64,000 nt of DNA from Actinomycetota bacterium (GTDB lineage Bacteria; Actinomycetota; Acidimicrobiia; Acidimicrobiales; JAMCPL01), in contig JAMCPL010000008.1 in the NCBI GenBank assembly GCA_023379675.1, positions 30,720 through 94,719 of the forward strand, in the 5' to 3' direction. Below the pieces are notes generated by a model, which was not told where the DNA came from, did no database searches, and worked only from the letters and a program-made list of their open reading frames with translations. A program made the translations under genes and the position numbers. Every line of letters starts with the position of its first letter. The stretch's first letter is position 1. This document shows, piece after piece, positions 48,920 to 58,348 of this stretch.

Positions 48920-50017
48920 ATGCATGAGGCCATACGGGAAGCAGCAAGGATTATACGTGGCGGAGGTCTGGTAAGCTTTCCCACTGAGACCGTTTACGGG
49001 CTGGGGGCAGATGCCAGCAATGCGACTGCAGTTAGCAGGATATACCGTGTCAAGCAGCGTCCTTGCGAAGATCCACTTATCGTACATATATCGTCTCTGG
49101 AAAGCATTGATGCAATATCCGGGCAAGCTTCACCTGCGGTAAAGGAATTAGCAAGTCTCTTCTGGCCTGGCCCGTTGACGATGGTGCTGCAGCGGTCAGG
49201 AAACATGGTTGTTCCGCAGGTGTCCGGGGGACGCCCGACAGTAGCGGTAAGAATGCCGGATCACCCGGTGGCGCTTGCAATAATCGAAGCGGCCGGAGTG
49301 CCCGTGGCGGCCCCTAGCGCCAACCGGTTCGGTCATGTCAGTCCCACCTGCGCCGAGGATGTGGTTGCCGACCTCGGAGACGAGGTGGATATGGTGATCG
49401 ATGCTGGCCCGACTCGCATAGGCGTTGAATCCACTGTGATCGACATGACCGCGGCAATCCCGTCAATACTTCGACCGGGTGGAGTAACTATCGAGGAGTT
49501 GCGCCAAATACTACCAAAGGTAGAGTACAAGTCACGCGAGGTCGATGATAGTCCAGATGCCCCGGGCCGCTACTTGCGGCACTATGCGCCTGATACTCCT
49601 ATGGTGGTAGTAGATGGCGAGGATCGGGAACTTCTGTACAAGATGGCTCAGGAATTAGCACGCAAGGGGAAACGAGTCGTGGTGATAAGTGGTGTCACCA
49701 ATCGGGAATACGAAGCCACCGGGCGGGGTCGTATGAATTATGATGATATGTCAGGTGGCACGATACTGACGCTGGATCGATACGATGCGACTGGAATGGC
49801 TCGAAATCTTTACAGGATGCTGCGACTGGCGGATTCCCAGGGTGCAGATATCATCCTGGCAGGTGTGCTGGAGGAGACCGGAGTCGGTGTTGCGGTGAAT
49901 GATCGCTTGTTCAGGGCAGCAGGTGGAAGGGTGATTACCGATGATTCGCCGGCTGCTGTGGAGACCATATCAGCACTGGCAACGGCAGAACCACAGGAAA
50001 CATTCAGCCAAGAGTAG
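48920..50017 (+). CDS. tsaC: L-threonylcarbamoyladenylate synthase (Sua5 type)
   Basis: FPTETVYGLGAD, FWPGPLT, AAPSANRFG, HYAP linker plus SUA5 domain. Confidence 0.93.
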   Translation: MHEAIREAARIIRGGGLVSFPTETVYGLGADASNATAVSRIYRVKQRPCEDPLIVHISSLESIDAISGQASPAVKELASLFWPGPLTMVLQRSGNMVVPQVSGGRPTVAVRMPDHPVALAIIEAAGVPVAAPSANRFGHVSPTCAEDVVADLGDEVDMVIDAGPTRIGVESTVIDMTAAIPSILRPGGVTIEELRQILPKVEYKSREVDDSPDAPGRYLRHYAPDTPMVVVDGEDRELLYKMAQELARKGKRVVVISGVTNREYEATGRGRMNYDDMSGGTILTLDRYDATGMARNLYRMLRLADSQGADIILAGVLEETGVGVAVNDRLFRAAGGRVITDDSPAAVETISALATAEPQETFSQE

Positions 50018-50519
50018 ATATATTGAGTTCGCTATCGGATATACGCGTATCGTCCGCCATGCGGGCGGCATAGACACTGAGGGTTTCTTCCAGCTTCTGA
50101 TCGCCAATAGCGATTATCCTGGCAGCAAGGATTGCAGCGTTGGTTGCCCCTCCGATGGCCACTGTGGCTACGGGCACGCCTTTTGGCATCTGCACAATGG
50201 ACAGTAACGAATCCAGGCCGTCCAGGTAGCGAAGTGCAACAGGAACTCCAATGACTGGCAACGTCGTGGTGGCGGCAAGCATTCCAGGCAGGTGTGCTGC
50301 GCCGCCAGCACCGGCCACCAGCACTTGCAGCCCGCGTCCCCTAGCGCTACGACCGTATGCCAGCAGGTCGTCAGGGGCGCGGTGCGCTGACACCACTCTG
50401 ATTTCGTAGCCGATACCCCACTCATCCAGCAGATCAGCCGCTGCTCGCATAGTATCCAGGTCGGAACGGCTGCCCATGACGATGCCTACTCTTACAGCTG
50501 ATGGTACTGTACCGGACAT
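50004..50519 (-). CDS. purE: N5-CAIR mutase
   Basis: VGIVMGSRSD, VVSAHR, AGAGGAAHLPGM, SIVQMPKGVPVATV. Confidence 0.96.
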   Translation of the reverse strand: MSGTVPSAVRVGIVMGSRSDLDTMRAAADLLDEWGIGYEIRVVSAHRAPDDLLAYGRSARGRGLQVLVAGAGGAAHLPGMLAATTTLPVIGVPVALRYLDGLDSLLSIVQMPKGVPVATVAIGGATNAAILAARIIAIGDQKLEETLSVYAARMADDTRISDSELNISTLG

Positions 50520-50830
50520 GTACAAAACGTAGCACAATGCCACTATCCGATCCACTTCGTCGAACTGGCACTATTACGACAAGTACCACCAACAACCAGC
50601 ACCATTCCGTGGTCCTTCTACTAGGTACGCTATTGGTTTACGTTTAGGTACTACGGGATCATAGTAATCTGTACCCACTATGTCAGGCGGGAGGCGGCAG
50701 TGGCTGTTGTACATTTTTGTATATTATGCCATCTTCACACAACCAAAGATGAACCCGACTTAAGTGGGATTATTCGTATCACGTATCTATCAAGTCCAGG
50801 AACTTACCTACATGGTTTTCTCGCCCTAGC

Positions 50831-50990
50831 TTACCAGGGGAACACGATTTTCACGATTTGCATCAGACTTATGCGGCGCTTCTCATGGGCCAAAATGCTC
50901 ATCCACGGGTGACAACAGAGTGCTGGAAACATTCACCCATCAACGTACACATTCACACTTACGGCTATCTGCTACCAGATTGGCCGAGGA
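50831..50990 (+). pseudogene. Degenerate tyrosine integrase C-terminal remnant
   Basis: Translates to FHDLHQTYAALLMGQNAHPRVTTECWKHSPINVHIHTYGYLLPD, an eroded HDLRHTxASLL...LGHS...TxxxYxH pattern; abuts the tRNA 3' end. Confidence 0.75.
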
Positions 50991-51103
50991 ACCGACGAAG
51001 AAGCTCGTTCAGACATGGACAACTATCAAAGGATAAATTAAGAATCGCTACACGTGCCTGTCACTCCACGTGCCTAGCTTTTGTAACCTGGCCTGAGCTC
51101 ATT

Positions 51104-51179
51104 TGGCTGGCGGGGAAGGGCTCGAACCTTCAACCTCTGGGTCCAAAGCCCAGCGTTCTGCCAATTGAACTACCCGCCA
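51104..51179 (-). tRNA. tRNA-Gln (anticodon TTG)
   Basis: Cloverleaf: acceptor TGGCGGG/CCCGCCA, anticodon arm CTGGG-CT TTG GA-CCCAG, T-loop GGTTCGAGCCC, encoded CCA. Confidence 0.96.
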
Positions 51180-51467
51180 ATGCGTAAACGCTTCAGGTAT
51201 GTCCAGTACCAAGCGTCAAAGCCACCAGCGACCCCATGCGTCGATCTTTACCAGCTACATTCAATACTAGCAAAGTGATGCGTACAACAGCACCGCTCCT
51301 GCTCGCTTTCCCTGCGTAATGCCTCGCTGGACGCACGGCACTACCGATTATCGCTCTTCAGCTACGGGCCGGCGCCGCTACCCAGCGTTGCTATGCGCAA
51401 CATGCTTGTCTGTTTGCCCTCCCCAGATTGGCGCCGACCCTTAAGTTGGGCTATTGTACTCAGAGCA

Positions 51468-51569
51468 ATGGGATCACTGATAAAAAAGCGCCGCAAGCGC
51501 ATGCGTAAAAAGAAGCACAAGAAGCTGCTCAAGGCAACGCGCTGGCAGAGGCGCTCCGCGGGCAAGTAA
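51468..51569 (+). CDS. 30S ribosomal protein bS22 (AURKAIP1/COX24-like, 33 aa)
   Basis: MGSLIKKRRKRMRKKKHKKLLKATRWQRRSAGK; below the ORF-track size cutoff. Confidence 0.92.
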   Translation: MGSLIKKRRKRMRKKKHKKLLKATRWQRRSAGK

Positions 51570-51576
51570 TCCGCCG

Positions 51577-52329
51577 TCAGCTGCGTCTTTCCACCCGGCC
51601 GTTCCGGTAAACGTCACGCGCAGAGCCTTGGTCTCTGGGCATGAGGACAATCTCGTCAATGTTGACATGGTCCGGTCGCGTGACCGCCCACCTTATCGCG
51701 TCAGCTACATCACCGGCACTGAGCGGAACCAGGCCTTCATATACCTTGCTTGCGCGCGTCAGATCTCCTTCGAAACGTACCAGGGAGAAATCGGTTTCAA
51801 CCATGCCCGGAGCTATGTCGATGACACGTACCGGCTTTCCCAGCAATTCAAGTCTGAGGGTCCTAGCCACCGCCCTTTGAGCGTGTTTAGCTGCGACATA
51901 CCCGGCGCCACCAGGATATGCCTGCCTGGCTGCAACACTGGTTACAAACACGACACTGCCCCGCCCGGTTGCCTCCAGCTTGGGAAGCAACGCCCTGGTC
52001 ATGTAAAGCGAACCCATCACATTTGCATTGAACATCCAGAGCCAATTGCTGTCATTGGCCTCAGCTACAGGTTCCATGCCAAGTGCACCACCGGCGTTAT
52101 TGACCAGGACTCCCACCTCATCAATCTTGGCTGCAAAGTCGGCCACAGAATTGGTATCCGTGACATCAAGATAATAGGCATCCGCCCCTATTTCCACTGC
52201 TATGGCATTCAGGCGATCCAGTCGCCTCGCGCCCATGACCACCTTGTAACCTTCCGCGGCAAGGACACGAGCAGTGGCCTCGCCTATCCCGCTGGAAGCT
52301 CCCGTCACCACCGCAACTTTCGATTCCAC
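51577..52329 (-). CDS. SDR oxidoreductase (YdfG-like)
   Basis: TGASSGIG, NNAGGALG, YVAAK, APGMVETDFSLVRF. Confidence 0.92.
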   Translation of the reverse strand: MESKVAVVTGASSGIGEATARVLAAEGYKVVMGARRLDRLNAIAVEIGADAYYLDVTDTNSVADFAAKIDEVGVLVNNAGGALGMEPVAEANDSNWLWMFNANVMGSLYMTRALLPKLEATGRGSVVFVTSVAARQAYPGGAGYVAAKHAQRAVARTLRLELLGKPVRVIDIAPGMVETDFSLVRFEGDLTRASKVYEGLVPLSAGDVADAIRWAVTRPDHVNIDEIVLMPRDQGSARDVYRNGRVERRS

Positions 52330-52345
52330 GTCTATTCCTTACCTG

Positions 52346-53191
52346 CTAAAGAGCACGTGCCGGCAGTGTGCATGCCTCCACTATAGGCGCTCGATTGCTT
52401 TTCATGACAAGTGCATCCCTACCACTCAGTCCCAGTTGCTCCTTGGTTCCTTCTACATACCAGGTCGTCCCGCTGCCGGCCAGATGAGGCCGGCACCCGG
52501 TGGCGTTGCCAAGTACATCCCGCCACAATTCGAGCTGCGGCTGCAGACGGAGCGCCGCACTTTCAAGATCGTTGAAATACCCATCATCGCTAGTACTACT
52601 GTGTTGCAAAGACGGTGCCAAGCTATCCCAACTCTCGTAGACCCGACCTGTCTCGATACCGAATGGCGGCATCATCAAGACAAACCGCTTCTCTTCAAAT
52701 GGCATCTGTGCTACGTCCTCACCCAGCCCGCAAACACGGGCCTTGCCCCCCGATAGGCAGAACGGCACGTCAGCGCCCAATCGTGCAGCAGCTTTGTGCG
52801 AGGTGTAGCCGGCCCATCGAAGTACTGCAGCCGCATCCGCAGATCCGCCTCCCAATCCAGCACCCGAAGGAATCCGCTTGATCAGCCTAACTCCCACATC
52901 GGCGCCCACCATACGTATAGCCCTGTTGACCAGATTCGAATCACCCGCCGTAATATCCCTCAGGCCCAGTCCGCCGACGACTTCATCCACCACCTGCAGA
53001 CCTCTACCGGGCTCGAAAACAAGTTCGTCGGCAAAATCCACGGTTACCACTTGCGCCTCTATCAAATGATAGCCGTCGTCCCTCCTGCCAACCACCTTGA
53101 ACGACAGGGTGAGCTTCGCATACGCCGACACGGTAGTCACACTATTGCCACTATTAGTTCTTTTACTTGTATATTGTGTCACGATCATCAC
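52346..53191 (-). CDS. ispE: 4-diphosphocytidyl-2-C-methyl-D-erythritol kinase
   Basis: AYAKLTL, RDDGYH, KRIPSGAGLGGGSADAAA, LGADVPFC. Confidence 0.93.
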   Translation of the reverse strand: MMIVTQYTSKRTNSGNSVTTVSAYAKLTLSFKVVGRRDDGYHLIEAQVVTVDFADELVFEPGRGLQVVDEVVGGLGLRDITAGDSNLVNRAIRMVGADVGVRLIKRIPSGAGLGGGSADAAAVLRWAGYTSHKAAARLGADVPFCLSGGKARVCGLGEDVAQMPFEEKRFVLMMPPFGIETGRVYESWDSLAPSLQHSSTSDDGYFNDLESAALRLQPQLELWRDVLGNATGCRPHLAGSGTTWYVEGTKEQLGLSGRDALVMKSNRAPIVEACTLPARAL

Positions 53192-53291
53192 CCAACAAGC
53201 TCACATCACAATCAGCCTACACACGTAATCCAGTCCATTCCGCAGCAGAACAACTACATACTATATACAATCGTTACATACCATGGTTGCG

Positions 53292-54185
53292 TCAACTGTC
53301 GCCGCTCCGGATCGCAGCCGCCAGCCTGCCCCACTCTATGATGCTCAGCTCTTGCGGGCGTGACTCGGGGGACACACCTGCATGCAAGAACGCCTCCTGG
53401 CTGCACCAGCCTGCAAGCGAATGCCTCAGCATTTTCCGCCTGTGCCGGTACGAAGCATAGATCAATTCCACCATGGACGCGTAGCCGGCTACAGTGGGAT
53501 CTACGGCCACTTCCGGAAGCCTCTTGATCTGGACCAGTGACGATTCCACCCTGGGTCGTGGCACAAAGACATTCCTCGACACGGTGCCCAGCAACTGGGA
53601 TGTTGCAAAATACGACATCCTGACCGTCACTGCACTATAGGTGCTGGAACCTGGCCTGGCCGTCCATCTTCGGGCAACCTCGCGCTGTGCCATGACGACC
53701 ATGGATTCCACCTGGGGCGCATCTTCCAGTATTCTCATCACCGCAGGCGTGGCTATGTTGTAGGGCAGGTTGGACACCATCTTCCATCTATCTTGCCCGA
53801 GTATCTCGTCAAAAGATATCCGTAGAATATCGCCCTCGACTATACGGACCCTGCCAGAGCGCTCCATGGGACGTAATCTCTCCACAAGGCGACGATCTAT
53901 CTCTACGGCAGTCACAAATGCACCGGCGTCCACAAGCGCACCGGTCAGAGCGCCAAGCCCTGGTCCTATTTCCAATACCCTGTCACCAGGATGCAACCTT
54001 CCCAACCAGGCAATCTTTCTCAATGTGTTGGGATCGATAACGAAATTCTGCCCCAGCGACCGCTTGGGAACCAGCAAGCCCAGCGAGTAGGCCTCTCGGG
54101 CCCTCGCCTCTGGATTATCTGAAGTTGCCGCGTGCATGGTTCCGCATGGGCCGGCACAGAAACCAGAAGCCAGGATGTCCGTCAC
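53292..54185 (-). CDS. rsmA: 16S rRNA adenine dimethyltransferase
   Basis: SLGQNFVID, LEIGPGLGALT, SNLPYNIATP, FVPRPRVES. Confidence 0.95.
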   Translation of the reverse strand: MTDILASGFCAGPCGTMHAATSDNPEARAREAYSLGLLVPKRSLGQNFVIDPNTLRKIAWLGRLHPGDRVLEIGPGLGALTGALVDAGAFVTAVEIDRRLVERLRPMERSGRVRIVEGDILRISFDEILGQDRWKMVSNLPYNIATPAVMRILEDAPQVESMVVMAQREVARRWTARPGSSTYSAVTVRMSYFATSQLLGTVSRNVFVPRPRVESSLVQIKRLPEVAVDPTVAGYASMVELIYASYRHRRKMLRHSLAGWCSQEAFLHAGVSPESRPQELSIIEWGRLAAAIRSGDS

Positions 54186-54200
54186 GACGCCCGCAAGGCA

Positions 54201-55193
54201 CTACGCAATCCTGAACGCAGCACGGGTATTGTCCGCGGTGATCCGCCGTATCTCGTCCTCGCCGATTCCCAACAACCTGCCGATGCAATTGCCGACCAGT
54301 GTAACCCATCCCGGACGGTTGGGCTTACCCCTGTGTGGAACAGGGCTCAGGAATGGAGCATCCGTCTCCACAAGTAGGCGTTCAAGCGGGCACCGCCTGG
54401 CCGCTTCCCGTACCTCTTCTGCATTGCCAAAAGTCACTATACCGCTAAACGATATATATGCCCCAAGGGCAACCGCTCGATCAAGCTCACCAGGACCTCC
54501 CGTAAAACAGTGCATGATGGTCCTCGCGGGTGCCCCCTCTGATTCCAGTATTTCGAATACATCATCCCAGGCATCTCGCGCATGGATCACCAGCGTAAGG
54601 TCGTGGGAATTGGCCAGACCGATCTGGTCGGCAAAGGCCCTTTTCTGCAAGTCTTTCGAGGGAGCGTCGTAGTGATAGTCAAGACCGCACTCACCAATAC
54701 CTACAAGCATCCCTGGATGCATCCTGGCCGACCCGGTAACCAGCTTTTCCATATCCGGCTCGATATCCGCCCAAGTCTCAGCATCGTGGGGATGTACTCC
54801 AGCGGTATACCACAGGCCGAATCCATCCAGGCTGCCATGACCGCCTGAATCCTCCGCATGAAGGCGCTCGTAAACTGCCATGTTCCTTGCCTCACCGCTC
54901 GTATCACCACCAGAGGCAGTGTTGGAACTCGTTGCGCATCGGCCAGCCGCCTCTGTCTCGAGCCATTTTTCCTTCGATTCAGGAAAGTAAGCTTCCCTCA
55001 TCCGGGTACGTAGGTAAGTCACCAGATCCCGGGCCGACACGGAACTTTCCAGATCCGTACCCACGCAAACCAGTCCCACAACTCCGTTCGACCTGGCATC
55101 CACCACAGCATCAATGGGGTCTTTCCACTGATCACCATACTCGCCTTGAATATGGCAATGGCTGTCTATCCATCCAAGCTGGAACGCCTTCAC
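54201..55193 (-). CDS. tatD: TatD family hydrolase
   Basis: IDSHCH, GVHPH, IGECGLDY, IHARDA, HCFTG, VETDAPFL. Confidence 0.93.
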   Translation of the reverse strand: MKAFQLGWIDSHCHIQGEYGDQWKDPIDAVVDARSNGVVGLVCVGTDLESSVSARDLVTYLRTRMREAYFPESKEKWLETEAAGRCATSSNTASGGDTSGEARNMAVYERLHAEDSGGHGSLDGFGLWYTAGVHPHDAETWADIEPDMEKLVTGSARMHPGMLVGIGECGLDYHYDAPSKDLQKRAFADQIGLANSHDLTLVIHARDAWDDVFEILESEGAPARTIMHCFTGGPGELDRAVALGAYISFSGIVTFGNAEEVREAARRCPLERLLVETDAPFLSPVPHRGKPNRPGWVTLVGNCIGRLLGIGEDEIRRITADNTRAAFRIA

Positions 55194-55307
55194 GCTTCAA
55201 GTGTACCTGAACCTCGCAAAGCTGGCATCACTCCTGCAGCTTGCTGTAGAACCTCACGAATAGCTCGCTCATCCTCGGCCGTCGGGCACTGAGACGCCAA
55301 TTTTGCA

Positions 55308-55718
55308 CTATGTAGATCGGTCTTGCGGGCTGATCACGGCAAATCCAGCATTGATGGCTGCCGTAACGAGCCTATTGTCGTAGGCAATGAGCGCATCCAG
55401 CTCATTCTCGAGAATACGCATGGTAGCCAAGTGGATAGCATCCAAGGATCGCAGCATACGGTCCGGTTCGTTCATGGCGATGCTGACAATATCCTCGTCT
55501 ATACCGATGTAATCAAATGCACGTAAGAGATCCCGTGCCTCAGGAATTGCTGCCGGCAGAGCACATGTAACTGCTCGCATCACCTCAATGCGCAATAATG
55601 CAGAGCTTACCCATGAGCTGCTGGCACTGCTGTCGTAGAATGCGGCTAATGCATTTGAATGAGCTTCTTCGACAAGCAGCTTGAGAACAGCCGACGTGTC
55701 CACATAGTACATGCTCAC
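55308..55718 (-). CDS. vapC: VapC family PIN-domain toxin
   Basis: YVDTSAVLKL, LRSLDAIHLAT, YDNRL. Confidence 0.92.
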   Translation of the reverse strand: MSMYYVDTSAVLKLLVEEAHSNALAAFYDSSASSSWVSSALLRIEVMRAVTCALPAAIPEARDLLRAFDYIGIDEDIVSIAMNEPDRMLRSLDAIHLATMRILENELDALIAYDNRLVTAAINAGFAVISPQDRST

Positions 55719-56023
55719 CAGACTTCCTCATCACGCAGCAGTGCCAGCGTCTCACTGAGCTGGTCACCGTGATCACTGCGTGGCCGCATCTTCGGGCGGT
55801 ATCCTGGTCTAGTTGCCGGCTGAGCTTTACCGGACTTGATCAACTGTGCCATGACCTGCGTGGGCACCTGTGTTTGCACCGGAATAATCCTCGCTATCGG
55901 ACGGCCATATTCTGTTATATCAACAATTTCTCCCCGCCGGACGCGAGCCATTACCCTACTGGTATCATGACGAAGCTCTCGAAGTCCCACAGCATGGGAC
56001 TCGTGATCATTGACCATTGCCAT
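55715..56023 (-). CDS. Phd/YefM-family antitoxin
   Basis: VGLRELRHDTSRVMARVRRGEIVDITEYGRPIARIIP; overlaps the toxin start. Confidence 0.9.
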   Translation of the reverse strand: MAMVNDHESHAVGLRELRHDTSRVMARVRRGEIVDITEYGRPIARIIPVQTQVPTQVMAQLIKSGKAQPATRPGYRPKMRPRSDHGDQLSETLALLRDEEVW

Positions 56024-56032
56024 ATAAATAAG

Positions 56033-56055
56033 TGTATCACATTTTTGTGGCTACA
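56033..56055. promoter_or_regulatory. Probable toxin-antitoxin autoregulatory operator
   Basis: Imperfect palindrome TGTATCACA-TTTT-TGTGGCTACA 10 bp upstream of the antitoxin start. Confidence 0.55.
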
Positions 56056-56072
56056 TATCTTCTCTAGCGAGG

Positions 56073-56264
56073 TCAGGCAACACCAAGTGAAACAGGCACT
56101 CGCAATATGACATTATGATCATACCTGCCGCCACGTCCCGGTGGTTCTCCTGCAGGATCGTCACGATGCCAGGAATTCAAGGCAAGCTCCCTGGACCACC
56201 CCGCAAGCACCAGCGAATCGTCCAGATCCCCCATCCGAGGATCTGTTATACCTGCATGATCGAA
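56073..56264 (-). pseudogene. Orphan 3' end of the metallophosphoesterase gene (diverged copy of 62340-62503)
   Basis: 56101-56264 matches 62340-62503 at 152/164 nt; frame continues to its own stop (…[13 protein letters not shown]). Confidence 0.9.
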
Positions 56265-56266
56265 GG

Positions 56267-56297
56267 ACGTTCAGGTACGCGCTGGCAGTGGCGCCCG
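56267..56297 (+). repeat. 31-bp direct repeat, left copy
   Basis: ACGTTCAGGTACGCGCTGGCAGTGGCGCCCG, identical to 58302-58332. Confidence 0.95.
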
Positions 56298-56416
56298 CAC
56301 TCATACACCTGCATCGTCCTGCCACAAGCCAATTGACCCCGACAAATAGGGCGACATTCTTGGGAATATCTTGTTTCCAAGCCCGACCCAGCCGGTTTTA
56401 CCTGTGGTATTCTAGT

Positions 56417-57673
56417 ATGATGTATCTTGAGCAGCCCAGCAACATAAATGGGCCAGGGCGAGGAGAATCATTCCCGGTACCGCCTCGCATTGAGAGCTTA
56501 CGAGTCCAGAACTATCGCGTTCTCCGTAATCTTGAACTGAAGCAACTGTCTCCCCTGTCGGTACTCCTCGGTCCTAACGGAAGCGGCAAGTCGACCGTCT
56601 TCGATGTGTTCGCCTTTCTTTCAGAGTGTTTTACGGTAGGTTTGCGAAGGGCATGGGATCGACGCAACCGTTTCAAAGAACTGCGCAGCCGGGGAGCAGA
56701 AGGGCCAATTGTAATTGAACTGAAGTACCGGGAACAGCCTGATCTTCCTCTTATCACCTATCACCTAGCTATTGACGAGACCAGGCGAGGACCGGTCGTA
56801 GCTGAAGAATGGCTGCGTTGGACTCGCGGCCGGCAAGGCCGTCCCTTCAAGTTTCTGGAATTCAACAATGGAGAGGGGCATGTCATCTCCGGCGAGCTTC
56901 CCGAGGTCAACGATGAACGCATTGACTCCACTTTGGAGTCGCCGGACCTCCTGGCGGTCAATACGTTGGGGCAATTCAAGGACCATCCCCGTGCCAGCGC
57001 TTTACGGCGTTTCATAAGCGGGTGGTACCTTTCATACCTTAGCGCCGACAGTACAAGAGGCGTTCCGGAATCGGGACCACAGGAACGACTTTCTCAGGCT
57101 GGTGACAACCTGCCAAATGTCATCCAGTATCTGAAAGAGCAATATCCAGCGCACTTGGAACATATACTACAAGTTCTTGCCGAGCGGATTCCCCGGCTCG
57201 AAAGTGTGAATGCTGGACTTCTTGCAGACGGACGCTTACTGCTCCGGATCAAGGATGCCCCATTCAGCGAACCCATTTTGGCAAAGTTTGCTTCAGATGG
57301 CACATTGAAGATGCTTGCATATCTTATAGTGCTCTACGATCCCGATCCACCACCATTGGTCGGCATCGAAGAGCCTGAGAACCAGCTGCATCCACGCCTA
57401 TTGCAAGCGCTGGCGGAAGAATGTCGGCAGGCGGCATCAAGAAGCCAGCTGCTTGTCACCACCCACTCTCCGTTCTTTGTCGATGGGCTGCATGCAGAAG
57501 AACTGTGGGTGCTATATCGTACTAATGATGGATTTGCCAAGATCATGAGGGTCAGCAAAATGGATAGTGTCAGGGCATTCGTGAACGAAGGTGCAAAACT
57601 GGGAGACCTTTGGATGGAAGGTTTTTTCGAGGTAGGTGACCCATTAGCCACCAGCAGCCAATCAAGAAACTAA
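56417..57673 (+). CDS. ABC/AAA_21-type ATPase
   Basis: LRVQNYR, Walker [10 protein letters not shown], signature ASDGTLK, Walker B GIEEPEN, H-loop TTHSP. Confidence 0.92.
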   Translation: MMYLEQPSNINGPGRGESFPVPPRIESLRVQNYRVLRNLELKQLSPLSVLLGPNGSGKSTVFDVFAFLSECFTVGLRRAWDRRNRFKELRSRGAEGPIVIELKYREQPDLPLITYHLAIDETRRGPVVAEEWLRWTRGRQGRPFKFLEFNNGEGHVISGELPEVNDERIDSTLESPDLLAVNTLGQFKDHPRASALRRFISGWYLSYLSADSTRGVPESGPQERLSQAGDNLPNVIQYLKEQYPAHLEHILQVLAERIPRLESVNAGLLADGRLLLRIKDAPFSEPILAKFASDGTLKMLAYLIVLYDPDPPPLVGIEEPENQLHPRLLQALAEECRQAASRSQLLVTTHSPFFVDGLHAEELWVLYRTNDGFAKIMRVSKMDSVRAFVNEGAKLGDLWMEGFFEVGDPLATSSQSRN

Positions 57674-57679
57674 TTACCA

Positions 57680-58300
57680 GTGCATCTTGAAGTGCTGGTC
57701 GAAGAGGCTTCGGCCGAAAAGGCGCTTAGCGTCCTCCTGCCCAAGATAGTAGGACCTGATGTCGATTTCACCATTCACGTGTTCCAGGGCAAGCGTGACC
57801 TGCTCGACAAGCTTGCCTCTCGATTGAAGGGTTACTCGCATTGGATCCAGGGGACTCACACAAAGATAGCCGTACTGGTCGATGAAGACCGGCAGAATTG
57901 CCTTGCACTCAAGGAAAAGTTGGAAAAAGCGGCAGCCGAGGCGGGACTCAGTACGAAAACTGCTGTGGGGAATGGAAACCCTTTTTTGGTCCTCAACCGT
58001 ATAGCCGTAGAGGAACTGGAGGCATGGTTTATCGGTGATTGCGATGCCCTTAGGGCTGCGTATCCTCGGATTTCCCCTTCTCTCGAAAATACCAGCCGCT
58101 TTCGTGATCCAGATGCGGTCAGAGGTGGCACATGGGAACAGCTTGATCGGGTTCTGCAACAAGCCGGTTACCATGCTGGTGGAATGGCCAAGACCCGAGC
58201 TGCCGAAGAAATAGCTGTCCATATGGATCCGTACTGCAACCGGTCGCGCAGTTTCAAGCAATTCTGTACAGGATTGCAAGCACTGGTGCAATCGATATAG
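57680..58300 (+). CDS. DUF4276 family protein (TOPRIM-like)
   Basis: LEVLVEE, VLVDED, EELEAWFIGD, NRSRSF; 6 bp downstream of the ATPase. Confidence 0.8.
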   Translation: MHLEVLVEEASAEKALSVLLPKIVGPDVDFTIHVFQGKRDLLDKLASRLKGYSHWIQGTHTKIAVLVDEDRQNCLALKEKLEKAAAEAGLSTKTAVGNGNPFLVLNRIAVEELEAWFIGDCDALRAAYPRISPSLENTSRFRDPDAVRGGTWEQLDRVLQQAGYHAGGMAKTRAAEEIAVHMDPYCNRSRSFKQFCTGLQALVQSI

Positions 58301-58301
58301 C

Positions 58302-58332
58302 ACGTTCAGGTACGCGCTGGCAGTGGCGCCCG
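58302..58332 (+). repeat. 31-bp direct repeat, right copy
   Basis: Identical to 56267-56297; separated from the DUF4276 stop by 1 nt. Confidence 0.95.
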
Positions 58333-58348
58333 TCCGGCAGCCACGCTG

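Noticed and set aside
55203..55212. GTACCTGAAC as an inverted partial copy of the 31-bp repeat bounding vapBC
   Set aside because: Only 10 bp match, which is compatible with chance.
55190..55300. 36-aa ORF whose stop overlaps the tatD GTG start (possible remnant of a displaced gene)
   Set aside because: Short, TTG start, no RBS or recognisable motif; not supportable without a search.
56141..56416. 92-aa N-terminal extension of the ATPase in the ORF track
   Set aside because: It is largely the antisense of the orphan phosphoesterase tail plus the 31-bp repeat; ATPase-like sequence starts after ATG 56417.
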